A DNA stretch of 64,000 bases from Acidimicrobiia bacterium (GCA_022821685.1 JAJEDD010000027.1:1403-65402); one strand, 5' to 3'. Shown: positions 8,250-17,348, counted from the stretch's first letter. Notes: generated by a model from the sequence alone, not told the origin. Made by a program: numbers and translations.

Positions 8250-9464
8250 GTGAGTGGGGGCGTGCGCAAGTCACTTGGAGACCGGACGGACAGTCAGACG
8301 AGTCCGACCCGCGCGGGCGAGGCCGCCGGGGGCGTGCGATGCATGTTGATGCGAGGCGGGACGTCGAAGGGGGCCTACTTCTGCCGGGGGGACCTGCCCG
8401 ACGATCCGGCCCAGCGCGACGACCTCATCCTGCGCATTGTCGGCTCGCCGGATCCCCGCCAGATCGACGGCATCGGCGGTGCCCATGCGCTCACCACGAA
8501 GGTGGCCGTGGTTGGCCCGGCGACAGCCGCGAGTGCCGACGTGGACTACCTGTTTTTGCAGCCCTCGGTGGACGAGCCCCTCGTCAGCGACGCCCAGAAC
8601 TGCGGCAACATGCTGGCCGGGGTGGGGCCGTTCGCAGTGGAGCGGGGCCTGGTGTCGGCTGCCGGGGCCGTGGCCAGGGTTCGGATCCATATGGTGAACA
8701 CCGCATCGGCAGCCACCGCCACCTTCGGGCTGCGCCACGGCCTGCCCGACTACTCCGGGCCGGTCTCCATCGACGGGGTGCCCGGCACGGCCGCGGCGGT
8801 GAGGCTCGACTTCGAGGATGTGGCCGGAGGCTCCTGCGGCGCGCTGCTCCCCAGCGGCCGGCTCGTCGACTCAGTGGCCGGAGTGGCCTGCACCCTGGTC
8901 GACAACGGGATGCCAACGGTGGTGATGAGGGCAGGCGACCTGGGCGTGACCGGCTACGAGGACTGCGCCACCCTCGAGGCCGACGCCGCGCTGCGAGCCC
9001 GGCTCGAAGAGATGCGAGCCGCCGCTGGACGCCTGATGGGCCTGGGCGATATGACCGCCTCCACGGTGCCCAAGATGACCCTGGTGGCACCGCCCCGCAC
9101 CAACACCGGGGACATCTGCACCCGGACGTTCATCCCCCACCGCTGCCACGAGGCCATCGGCGTGCTGGGAGCGGTCTCGGTCGCTACCGCCGCAGTGCTG
9201 CCCGGCGCGGTCGGCCATGAGCTGCTGCCCGACGCCGATGGAGCCGAGCCTCCCTCCCGGTCGGGAGGCATGCCGCCAACCTCCAGCCGCGCCGAACCCG
9301 CTCGGATCGATCGCACTGTCACGCTGGAGCATCCCACCGGCACCTTCGCAGCTGCGGTGAGCCTGACCCTCCGGCTCGGCACCGCGCCCGAGGTTCACAG
9401 CGCGGGCATCATCCGCACCGCCCGCAAGCTGTTCGACGGCCTGGTGTTCCCCCGGCCCGGCTGA
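8250..9464 (+). CDS. PrpF / 4-oxalomesaconate tautomerase (GalD)-family isomerase
   Basis: CMLMRGGTSKGAYF near the N-terminus, NCGNMLAGVGPFAVERGL, VDNGMPTVVM and PKMTLVAPP. Confidence 0.8.
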   Translation: MSGGVRKSLGDRTDSQTSPTRAGEAAGGVRCMLMRGGTSKGAYFCRGDLPDDPAQRDDLILRIVGSPDPRQIDGIGGAHALTTKVAVVGPATAASADVDYLFLQPSVDEPLVSDAQNCGNMLAGVGPFAVERGLVSAAGAVARVRIHMVNTASAATATFGLRHGLPDYSGPVSIDGVPGTAAAVRLDFEDVAGGSCGALLPSGRLVDSVAGVACTLVDNGMPTVVMRAGDLGVTGYEDCATLEADAALRARLEEMRAAAGRLMGLGDMTASTVPKMTLVAPPRTNTGDICTRTFIPHRCHEAIGVLGAVSVATAAVLPGAVGHELLPDADGAEPPSRSGGMPPTSSRAEPARIDRTVTLEHPTGTFAAAVSLTLRLGTAPEVHSAGIIRTARKLFDGLVFPRPG

Positions 9465-9476
9465 AGGCAGGCGAAG

Positions 9477-9632
9477 TTGATCCGGGACTCATCAGGTTGC
9501 CGCGGTTTCATTCCCGCTCTTGTTCGCTGCGCTCACGGGCCGCCCAAACCCCGGCGTCACAGCCCACGGCCTCGCCCGTATAGCCGGACTCGCTCACCTG
9601 CCCGCTCGGCCTCTGAAAGCAGGCGAAGTTGA
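9477..9632 (+). other. 51-codon relay ORF through the repeat element (duplicated TTG start to a TGA overlapping the real ligI-like TTG)
   Basis: My translation is TTG 9477 ... AGT TGA, with TGA 9630-9632 overlapping TTG 9629-9631. The frame is open across the whole element. It is below the ORF-track size cut-off. Confidence 0.35.
9484..9612 (+). repeat. dispersed intergenic repeat, long variant, flanked by a 23-bp direct repeat
   Basis: Core ttcattcccgctcttgttcgctgcgctcacgggccg. Flanks are ctgaaggcaggcgaagttgatcc (9461-9483) and ctgaaagcaggcgaagttgatcc (9613-9635). Confidence 0.85.
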
Positions 9633-10501
9633 TCCCGCCGAGCATTCCGCCGCCGCATCCCGATCCGCATCCACCGGCCGCGTTCGCGCCGCCGCCGGGG
9701 GCCTGCGATGCCCACTGCCACGTCTTCGGGCCGGCGCACCGCTTCGGCTTCGCGCCCGGCCGCACCTACACGCCGCCCGACGCCGGAGTCGAGCAGCTCG
9801 AGGCTCTGCACGAGCGGATGGGCCTGAGCCGGGCGGTGCTGGTGCAGGCCAGCTGCCATGGCACCGACAACTCGGCCATGGTCGATGCCCTGCAGCGGGC
9901 GCCGGGCCGCTACGGCGGGGTAGCCATGATCGACGAGTCCTGCGAAGACTCCGAGATCGACCGGCTGCACGATGCCGGCGTGCGGGGCGCCCGATTCAAT
10001 TTCGTCAGGCACCTCGGGGGCGGCGATCTTGGGGCCCTCGAGCGCACCACCCGAAGGGTGGCACCCCGGGGCTGGCACATGGTGGTGCACCTCGACGCCG
10101 CCGATCTCGCCGAGTTCTCCAGCGTGCTGCTCGGCCTGCCGTGCCCGTTCATCGTCGATCACATGGCCCGGGTGCCGGCGGCCGGTGGCATCGACCAGGC
10201 CCCGTTCGCGGCGCTGCTGAAGCTGATGGAACACGAGCGGGCCTGGGTCAAGATCTCCGGTGCTGAGCGGCTCACCGACGGCGGGCGCCCTCCCTACGAC
10301 GACGTGGCCCCGCTGGCCCGAGCCCTCATCGCCGAGGCTGGCGACCGGGTTCTGTGGGGCACCGACTGGCCCCACCCGAACGTGGGCCACATGCCCGACG
10401 ACGGCGACCTGGTGGACCTGCTGGCCACCTTCGCTCCCGACGAGGAGGACCGCAACCGGATCCTCGTCCACAACCCGGAGCGCCTCTACGACTTCAGCTG
10501 A
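9629..10501 (+). CDS. LigI-like amidohydrolase (2-pyrone-4,6-dicarboxylate lactonase family)
   Basis: PGACDAHCHVFGP, ...GARFNFV... and ...LWGTDWPHP... TTG start as in the ORF track. Confidence 0.75.
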   Translation: MIPPSIPPPHPDPHPPAAFAPPPGACDAHCHVFGPAHRFGFAPGRTYTPPDAGVEQLEALHERMGLSRAVLVQASCHGTDNSAMVDALQRAPGRYGGVAMIDESCEDSEIDRLHDAGVRGARFNFVRHLGGGDLGALERTTRRVAPRGWHMVVHLDAADLAEFSSVLLGLPCPFIVDHMARVPAAGGIDQAPFAALLKLMEHERAWVKISGAERLTDGGRPPYDDVAPLARALIAEAGDRVLWGTDWPHPNVGHMPDDGDLVDLLATFAPDEEDRNRILVHNPERLYDFS

Positions 10502-11570
10502 CGCCGGCCTCCAGGCGGGGGTAGACGCGCCGGGCGTTGCCTTCGAAGATCTTGGCCCGAGCGGCATCGTCGAGGCTGGCGTTGTCGATGTAGCGGCGGG
10601 TGTCGTCGTAGTGGTGGCCGGTGGAGGGATCGACGCCGCGCACCGCGCCCACCATCTCCGACGCGAACACGATGTTGTCGACCGGCACCACGTCCAACAG
10701 CAGGTCGATGCCCCGCTGGTGGTACACGCAGGTGTCGAACCAGACGTGCTCCAGCAGCCCATCGAAGTCCCAGCCGGAGTCCTGGGCCATGCCTCTGAAG
10801 CGGCCCCAGTGGTAGGGAACGGCGCCCCCGCCGTGGGGGATCACCAGCCGCAGTCCGTCGAAATCGGCCGCGAAGCCGGAGGTCAGCGCCTGCATGAAGG
10901 CGGTGGTGTCGGCACCGAGGTAGTGCGAGCCGGTGGTGTGGAAGTTGTCGTTGCAGGATGCGCTCACATGGATCATGGCGGGCACGTCGAGCTCGCACAG
11001 TGCCTCCCACAGCGGCTGCCAGTAGCGATCCCAGAGGGGCGGCCCGCTCCAGTGCCCGCCGCTGGGATCGGGGTTGACGTTGCAGCCGACGAAGCCCATC
11101 TCCTCCACGCAGCGGCGCAGCTCCCGCACCGAGGCGTCGATGGGCGCCCCCGGCGACTGGGGCAGCTGGGCCGCGGGAGCGAAGTTGGACGGATACAGGT
11201 CGCACACCCGCCGGATCAGCTCGTTCTGGTGCTGCGACCAGAACCTGGAGGTGTGCTGGTTGCCGATGTGGTGGCCCATCCAGCTGGCCCGGGGCGAGAA
11301 GATCGTGAGGTCGGTGCCCCGCTCGCGCTGGAAGGCAAGCTGCGCGCCCTCCAGGCTCTCGCGGATCTCGTCGTCGCTGACCGCGATCTCGCCCTTGGCG
11401 CCCACATGATCGGGTTCGGCGGCCACCGCCGCCTTCTGGGCCTCGCGCCACTGCCCCACCGCGGCCGGGGCAGTGGTGTAGTGGCCGTGACAGTCGATGA
11501 TCACCGTTGGCGATCTTACGAGAGGGTCCGGCGAGGGAGTGACGCTGGGCGAGTGGACGGGCAGCGGCAC
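10494..11570 (-). CDS. LigJ-like amidohydrolase (4-oxalomesaconate hydratase family)
   Basis: VIIDCHGHYTTAP, PAMIHVSAS and VIPHGGGAVPYHWGRF. The start is uncertain (alternative GTG at 11504). Confidence 0.7.
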   Translation of the reverse strand: MPLPVHSPSVTPSPDPLVRSPTVIIDCHGHYTTAPAAVGQWREAQKAAVAAEPDHVGAKGEIAVSDDEIRESLEGAQLAFQRERGTDLTIFSPRASWMGHHIGNQHTSRFWSQHQNELIRRVCDLYPSNFAPAAQLPQSPGAPIDASVRELRRCVEEMGFVGCNVNPDPSGGHWSGPPLWDRYWQPLWEALCELDVPAMIHVSASCNDNFHTTGSHYLGADTTAFMQALTSGFAADFDGLRLVIPHGGGAVPYHWGRFRGMAQDSGWDFDGLLEHVWFDTCVYHQRGIDLLLDVVPVDNIVFASEMVGAVRGVDPSTGHHYDDTRRYIDNASLDDAARAKIFEGNARRVYPRLEAGVS

Positions 11571-11590
11571 GCGGTGCGTGAGTCGCTGCG

Positions 11591-11941
11591 CTACCGCGAA
11601 GGGTGCACCCTCCGTGGCAGCATCAGCTCATATCGGCCATCGGGGCCGAACATCACGAACTCCCCGAGCCTCAGCACGTCAAGACCAATCAGCATCTCCG
11701 CCCCCAAGACCTCAGGAACGGCGTAGGCACGAACCGAGATTGGATCGGGCGGTCTCTCCTGTCCCGCGCCCAACTGCAGCGTCAAGAAGTAGATGGCGCT
11801 CGGGCTCTCGCCCGACGCGGTGTTCAGCGTGGTGTGCCGAACCGGTTCCAGCAGAAGACGGTCGGCAGTCCCGGCGCGGATGCATGTCAGCTGGGCAGCC
11901 GTATCGATGACGCCCTGAAGATGAAACGGCGGAGGCGCCAT
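11591..11941 (-). CDS. retropepsin-like aspartic-protease-domain protein (putative)
   Basis: 116 aa. VIDTAAQLTCI (D-T-G/A-A type active-site loop) and MLIGLDVL, as in bacterial retropepsin-like domains. GC is lower than the flanks. Confidence 0.4.
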   Translation of the reverse strand: MAPPPFHLQGVIDTAAQLTCIRAGTADRLLLEPVRHTTLNTASGESPSAIYFLTLQLGAGQERPPDPISVRAYAVPEVLGAEMLIGLDVLRLGEFVMFGPDGRYELMLPRRVHPSR

Positions 11942-12053
11942 GCGCTCCTCCAGGCGGTATCGCTCCAGCTCGTCGCCATGCAGGCTGACCTCAACGTCGA
12001 CGATCGGTCCCCTTGGTCCGACACTTCCGACTATGCGAGAATAGTCGGATTCC

Positions 12054-12326
12054 TTAGCAATGATCGGCCAACACCGCCCACGGAACGCTGATCACGCGGT
12101 CCTGCTCCAAGACCTCCGTGATCATGAAGCGCCTGCCAATAGTGCTTCGGAAGCCAGCAGAGCACGCCTGATGTTCATCATCGAAGCACCCCACATACTC
12201 GGCCCGACGACGCCCGTCATTGGGCTGAACGAATAACGCCCAGCGTCCCTCGTCGGTCACGAGCAGTTCAGCACGCCGCTTCTCGAAGGCTCGCGCCAGC
12301 TTGTCCAAGATCGGATCAGGAGTCAT
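12054..12326 (-). CDS. small hypothetical protein
   Basis: 90-aa ORF upstream of, and co-directional with, the retropepsin-like gene. I recognise no motif with confidence. Confidence 0.35.
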   Translation of the reverse strand: MTPDPILDKLARAFEKRRAELLVTDEGRWALFVQPNDGRRRAEYVGCFDDEHQACSAGFRSTIGRRFMITEVLEQDRVISVPWAVLADHC

Positions 12327-12387
12327 GCCGCATTATGGCATGTTCAGCAGGCTAGAGGGTAGATTGTTTCAACAATTTTCAGTCTGT

Positions 12388-13872
12388 TTAGGAGAGCCAG
12401 TTTATGGCTTGGATCTCGGTGTATGCCTCTATGCCCCACTTGCCCCGGTCTCGGCCGATGCCCGACATTTTGAAGCCGCCGAAGGGAGCGTACAGGTGGG
12501 GCTGCACCGTGTTGAGGGCCACGTTGCCCGACTCCAGTTGGCTGCCGATCTCGTAGGCCCGCTTGGCGTCGCTGGCGTACACGTAGGAGAACAGCCCGTA
12601 GCACGAGTCGTTGGCCAGCGCCACGGCCTCGTCGTCGTCGTCGTGGGCCAGCACCACCACCACCGGGCCGAAGGCTTCGTCGCGCACCACGGCCATATCG
12701 GGCTTCACGTCCACCAGCAGGGTGGGGGCCACGAAGCAGCCGGGCCGGTGGGGCCGCCGCCCGCCACACACCGCGGTGGCGCCCGCCTCAAGCCCGCTGG
12801 AGATGAACGCCTCCACCCGGTCGCGGTGGGCCTCGGTGATGACCGGGCCGACGATGGTGTCGGGCGCACGACCGTCGCCCACCTTCATGCGGGCGGCGAA
12901 GGCCTGGAGCGTCTCGGTGGTCTGATCGAGGAGGCTGCGGTGGCAGATCACCCGGGTGGGGGCGGTGCAGATCTGGCCCGAGTGGAGCCTCCAGGTGGTG
13001 GCGATGCCCGTGCAGGCCGCGTTGACGTCGGCGTCCTCGGTCATGATCAGCGCGCCCTTGCCGCCCAGTTCCATCAGCACCCGCTTCATGGTGGCGGCGC
13101 CGTCGGCGTGGATCCGGGCGCCCACCTGCGTCGAGCCGGTGAACGACACCATGTTCACCTCCGGGGAGGCCACCAGGGCCGCGGGAGCCTCCGGTCCGGC
13201 GCCGGTGACGATGTTGACGACGCCGTCGTCGAAGCCGGCCTCGGCCACCGCCTCGCCCAGCAGCAGCACGCCGAGGGGGTCCTGCGGGGCGGGCTTGATC
13301 ACCACTGTGTTGCCTGCGGCCAGTGCGGGGGCGATCTTGCCGGCCACGCTCACCAGCGGCATGTTGTAGGGGGTGATGCAGGCCACCACCCCCACCGGAT
13401 GGCGCTTAACCGTGGCCGCCATCAGCCCGGCGGGACCCAGCGCCCCCGCCTCGGCCCCGACGGGAGCCACGTCAGCGTCCGCGTTGATCGGCGTCGCGTA
13501 GTAGCGGAACCGCTCGATCATGGGCCGGCCGACCTGCAGGCCCCTGGCGACGGAGGTCACCGAGCCGGTCTCGGCCTGCACCAGATCGAGCCACGACGGG
13601 GCCATGCGCTCGATCACGTCGGCCAGTCGGGCCAGCCGGTTGCCCCGCTCGGCGGGTGTCCGCGACCGCCACACACCGAGCGCCCCGCGGGCGGCGGCGG
13701 CCGCGTCCTCGGCCTGGGCTGCGGTGGCCTCGGGGGCGTGGCCCACCACCGCCCCGTCGTTGGGGTCGATGACGGGATAGGTGCCAGCGGCCGGGTCAAC
13801 CCACTCCCCGCCGATCAGCAGCTTCCAGGCCCGCTCGGCATCGATGCCGATGTCGTCGCGGTCGCAGGCCAC
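12388..13872 (-). CDS. NAD(P)-dependent aldehyde dehydrogenase
   Basis: FTGSTQVGARI, ELGGKGALIM and GQICTAPTR (catalytic Cys). Confidence 0.9.
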   Translation of the reverse strand: MACDRDDIGIDAERAWKLLIGGEWVDPAAGTYPVIDPNDGAVVGHAPEATAAQAEDAAAAARGALGVWRSRTPAERGNRLARLADVIERMAPSWLDLVQAETGSVTSVARGLQVGRPMIERFRYYATPINADADVAPVGAEAGALGPAGLMAATVKRHPVGVVACITPYNMPLVSVAGKIAPALAAGNTVVIKPAPQDPLGVLLLGEAVAEAGFDDGVVNIVTGAGPEAPAALVASPEVNMVSFTGSTQVGARIHADGAATMKRVLMELGGKGALIMTEDADVNAACTGIATTWRLHSGQICTAPTRVICHRSLLDQTTETLQAFAARMKVGDGRAPDTIVGPVITEAHRDRVEAFISSGLEAGATAVCGGRRPHRPGCFVAPTLLVDVKPDMAVVRDEAFGPVVVVLAHDDDDEAVALANDSCYGLFSYVYASDAKRAYEIGSQLESGNVALNTVQPHLYAPFGGFKMSGIGRDRGKWGIEAYTEIQAINWLS

Positions 13873-14028
13873 CGCACGAGCCTACTTCCGGGCCAGAGCC
13901 CGAGCCGCCCGCGAGCGAAGCGCCAGGAGCGGCAGTGGCGCCGCCGCAACTCGACGGATCTCGCATCTGTGAGCGCTCGGTCCTAGGGTTGTGGCCGTTG
14001 CGCCCCAGCACACCCACAAGGAGCCGAG

Positions 14029-15231
14029 ATGCCTGAAGCCGTGATCGTCGCCACCTCCCGCACCCCCATCGGCCGAGCGGTGAAGGGATCGCTCACCGAA
14101 GCACGGCCCGACGACATGTCGGCGTTCATCATCGGCGACGTGCTGACCAAGGTGCCGGGCCTCGACCCCGCCGAGGTGGAGGACGTGATTTGGGGCATCG
14201 GCCAGCCCGGCGGCGAGGGCGGCTACAACATCGCCCGGGTCGCCTCGATCCTGGCCGGGGTCAACGCTCCGGGCGTGACCGTCAACCGCTACTGCTCGTC
14301 GTCGCTGCAGACCATCCGCATGGCCGCCCACGCCATCAAGGCCGGAGAGGGCGACTGCTTCGTGGCCGGGGGCGTGGAGACCGTGTCCCGCTATGTGAAC
14401 GGCAGCGCCGACAACGGGCCGCACAACGACCAGTTCTCCGACGCGGAGGGCCGCACCGTCGGGCGCGCCGTCGAGGGCTCCGAGTCGTGGACCCCGCCGC
14501 AGGGCCTGCCCGACATCTACATCGCCATGGGCCAGACGGCCGAGAATGTGGCCCAGTACAAGGGCGTGTCCCGCCAGGCCCAGGACGAGTGGGGCGTGCG
14601 CTCGCAGAACCGGGCCGAGGCGGCTCGCAGCCGGGGCTTCTTCGAGCGGGAGATCACCCCCTATCCGCTCTCCGACGGCAGCGAGATGCGCCGCGACGAC
14701 GGCATCCGGGAGGGCGCCACCCTCGAGGGCGTGTCGCAGCTGCGGCCGGTGTTCCGCCCCGACGGCACCGTCACCGCGGGCAACTGCTGCCCCCTCAACG
14801 ACGGCGCGGCCGCGGTGGTGGTGATGTCCGATGCCAAGGCGACCGAAGTGGGGGCCAAGCCGCTGGCGAGGATCGTGGCCACCGGCGTTTCGGCGCTCAA
14901 CCCCGAGATCATGGGGCTCGGCCCGGTGGACGCCTGCCGCCAGGCCCTGGACCGGGCCGGCATGACCATCGACGACATCGACCAGGTGGAGATCAACGAG
15001 GCCTTCGCGGCCCAGGTCCTGCCCTCGGCCGACGATCTGGGCATCGACTACGACAAGCTCAATCCCAACGGCGGCTCCATCGCGCTGGGCCACCCCTTCG
15101 GCATGACCGGCTCGCGCATCATGTGCACCCTGCTCAACGGCCTAGAGGACGCCGACCACACCATCGGCCTCGAGTCGATGTGCGTGGGCGGCGGCCAGGG
15201 CATGGCCATGATCGTCGAGCGCCTCAACTAG
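14029..15231 (+). CDS. acetyl-CoA C-acyltransferase (thiolase)
   Basis: NRYCSSSLQTI (active Cys), GNCCPLNDGAAA and CVGGGQGMAMIVE. RBS aaggag lies upstream of ATG 14029. Confidence 0.95.
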   Translation: MPEAVIVATSRTPIGRAVKGSLTEARPDDMSAFIIGDVLTKVPGLDPAEVEDVIWGIGQPGGEGGYNIARVASILAGVNAPGVTVNRYCSSSLQTIRMAAHAIKAGEGDCFVAGGVETVSRYVNGSADNGPHNDQFSDAEGRTVGRAVEGSESWTPPQGLPDIYIAMGQTAENVAQYKGVSRQAQDEWGVRSQNRAEAARSRGFFEREITPYPLSDGSEMRRDDGIREGATLEGVSQLRPVFRPDGTVTAGNCCPLNDGAAAVVVMSDAKATEVGAKPLARIVATGVSALNPEIMGLGPVDACRQALDRAGMTIDDIDQVEINEAFAAQVLPSADDLGIDYDKLNPNGGSIALGHPFGMTGSRIMCTLLNGLEDADHTIGLESMCVGGGQGMAMIVERLN

Positions 15232-15273
15232 CGCCCGGGGTCATCCGCCGCCGAACCAGCGCCTGCTCCAGGA

Positions 15274-15357
15274 GCGGGCGCGAGTTGGCACAGGCCCGTC
15301 GCGCCGCAGCGGGGTCATTCCGCTCTCGTTCGCTGCGCTCGACCCTCTGCGGGCCGC
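15274..15357 (+). repeat. truncated copy (left half) of the dispersed intergenic repeat
   Basis: ..gcagcggggtcattccgctctcgttcgctgcgctcgaccc.. aligns to the family core. Confidence 0.6.
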
Positions 15358-15403
15358 AATCGAGGATTGACGCGACCGCGGGGTGCTGAGAAATTAGCGT
15401 CGC

Positions 15404-17335
15404 GTGCCGATCATGTTGCCGTTGCCCCGCCGCCCCCGTTGCTTTGCCGCGTGCGTTTGCCTCTTGTTGCTGGCCGCCGCGTGCTCGGGCAGCGAGCCCC
15501 GTCCGAGCTTCACGGGAGAGCGCGCCGTCTCGACTAGCACCGCGGCTACCACGACACAGCCGACCGACCCGCCTTCCACAACCGGGACAGCGGCGGCCGG
15601 TGAGGCCGGAATCGCACCGGTGCCGGTTCCGGTCTCGACCTCGACTGTTCCGTTCCAGGCTTCGGTGACACCACCGACCACCTCTGCCGCACCGGAACCG
15701 CCGCCCCGGGACTGCCCGCCCGGCACCGCCGACGATCTCCGCCTGGTTGACACGTCGCCGGAGTCGGCCAGCATCGAGATCTCGAGGGCGGTCTACGACT
15801 GCGCCCACGAGGCAGGCCTGGCTCCTGCCGACGATCTGGCCGCCATCGCCGCGCTGGCGTCCCATGAGATCGACGGCCCGCTGCTGTTGGCGGAGGCTGA
15901 CCTGAGCGACGCGCTGCTCGAGGAACTGGAGCGCTTGGCGCCGGAGCGAGTGATGGCGGCCGGCATCGACGAGCTACTCGCGCTGGAGGCGCTGTCCGAC
16001 TTCGAGGTTGAGCATGTGGACGCCAGCCAGGCGAACACTGGCACGCAGGTCGACCCCGAGCAGCAAGACGCCAACGAGCAAGGGGACAACGCCGCGCCAG
16101 CAGACACCGCGCCCGCCAACGGAGAGCAGACGAACACCGCCGATGATGCGGACACCGCCGATCCGACTAATGGCACCGGTGAATTGAGCGATGCCAACCC
16201 GGCGAACGATGCCGATGAAGCGGACACCGCCGATCCGACTAATGGCACCGGTGAGATGCACGACACCGAAGAGACGACGCCCGCCGTACCGGTGGACGGA
16301 GACGGGCGGCCGCTCCATGACCGGGTGTGGATTGTCGATGCGATGGACGCGGCGGCGCTGGCCGCGGTTGCCGGTCGGGTCGGGGTGGGGGTGGTGGCCG
16401 CCACCGACGATCTCAGAGCCTTGCCGCAAGCAGCCCGCGAGGCGATAGCGGCCGCGTCCGAGGTGGAGGTGCTGGCCGACCTGGGCGACGACGCCGCCTG
16501 GCAACTGGATGTCGTCCGCCGCGGCGAGGAATTGCCGGGCGGCGGCCTGCTGTTGTTCGAGCGGGGCGACGAGCACCCCCAGCGCCGTCTTGTGGCTGCC
16601 TACGGCCATCCCTCAACGGGGGCTCTCGGCGTGTTGGGCGAGCAGGGCCCCGAGAAGGCGGTGAAGCGCCTGGAGTCCATAGCCGAGGGCTACGGTGCCG
16701 ACGGATCAGAGGTGCTGCTCACCTTCGAGATCATCGCCACCGTGGCCTCCGCCTCCGCGGGCGCCGACGGCGACTATTCGAGCTCGACCGCCCACGAGGC
16801 GCTCCGACCCTGGATCGAGGCCGCGACAGCCAACGGGGCGTACGTGGTATTGGACCTGCAGCCGGGAAGGTCGGACTTCCTCTCGCAGGCCAAGCGCTAT
16901 GAGGAGTTCCTGCGCCTGCCCAATGTCGGGCTCGCCCTCGATCCAGAGTGGCGGCTCACACCAGACCAGGTCCACTTGAGACAGGTCGGCACCGTGGACG
17001 CAGCGGAGATCAACCGGGTGGTGGACTGGCTGGCCGGGATCGTCAGAGAGGAGGCCCTTCCCCAGAAGCTGCTGATCGTTCACCAGTTCCGATTCTCGAT
17101 GATCACCAACCGCGAGCAGATCAAGACGCCCCCAGAGCTGGCGGTGATGATCCACATGGACGGCCAGGGATCCCTCGGCGCCAAGTACAACACCTGGAAC
17201 GCGCTGACCGGCCTGCCCGACGCCGACCGCTACTACTGGGGATGGAAGAACTTCTACGACGAGGACAGCCCGATGGCCACCCCCGAGCAAGTGCTAGAGC
17301 TGTCCCCAGAGATCCTGTTCGTCTCATTCCAGTAG
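15404..17335 (+). CDS. secreted lipoprotein with an acidic repeat region and a conserved C-terminal domain of unknown function
   Basis: Signal peptide with lipobox LLLAAACSG. There is an Asp/Thr/Ala/Asn-rich tract, and the C-terminal ~270 aa are well ordered (VVLDLQPGRSDF...LIVHQFRF...). Confidence 0.7.
   Translation: MPIMLPLPRRPRCFAACVCLLLLAAACSGSEPRPSFTGERAVSTSTAATTTQPTDPPSTTGTAAAGEAGIAPVPVPVSTSTVPFQASVTPPTTSAAPEPPPRDCPPGTADDLRLVDTSPESASIEISRAVYDCAHEAGLAPADDLAAIAALASHEIDGPLLLAEADLSDALLEELERLAPERVMAAGIDELLALEALSDFEVEHVDASQANTGTQVDPEQQDANEQGDNAAPADTAPANGEQTNTADDADTADPTNGTGELSDANPANDADEADTADPTNGTGEMHDTEETTPAVPVDGDGRPLHDRVWIVDAMDAAALAAVAGRVGVGVVAATDDLRALPQAAREAIAAASEVEVLADLGDDAAWQLDVVRRGEELPGGGLLLFERGDEHPQRRLVAAYGHPSTGALGVLGEQGPEKAVKRLESIAEGYGADGSEVLLTFEIIATVASASAGADGDYSSSTAHEALRPWIEAATANGAYVVLDLQPGRSDFLSQAKRYEEFLRLPNVGLALDPEWRLTPDQVHLRQVGTVDAAEINRVVDWLAGIVREEALPQKLLIVHQFRFSMITNREQIKTPPELAVMIHMDGQGSLGAKYNTWNALTGLPDADRYYWGWKNFYDEDSPMATPEQVLELSPEILFVSFQ
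16148..16254 (+). repeat. in-frame tandem duplication, 72-bp period, inside the lipoprotein gene
   Basis: gcggacaccgccgatccgactaatggcaccggtga occurs at 16148-16182 and 16220-16254, encoding ADTADPTNGTGE twice. Confidence 0.9.
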
Positions 17336-17348
17336 CAATTCGGAGGAG

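Noticed and set aside
9520-10266. ORFs beginning MFAALTGR... (9520, 18488, 41471), and ORFs ending ..RERSEQERE.
   Set aside because: The shared peptide is simply the translation of the dispersed repeat core (ttgttcgctgcgctcacgggc). The ORFs then run antisense or out of frame into real genes. They are not independent coding evidence.
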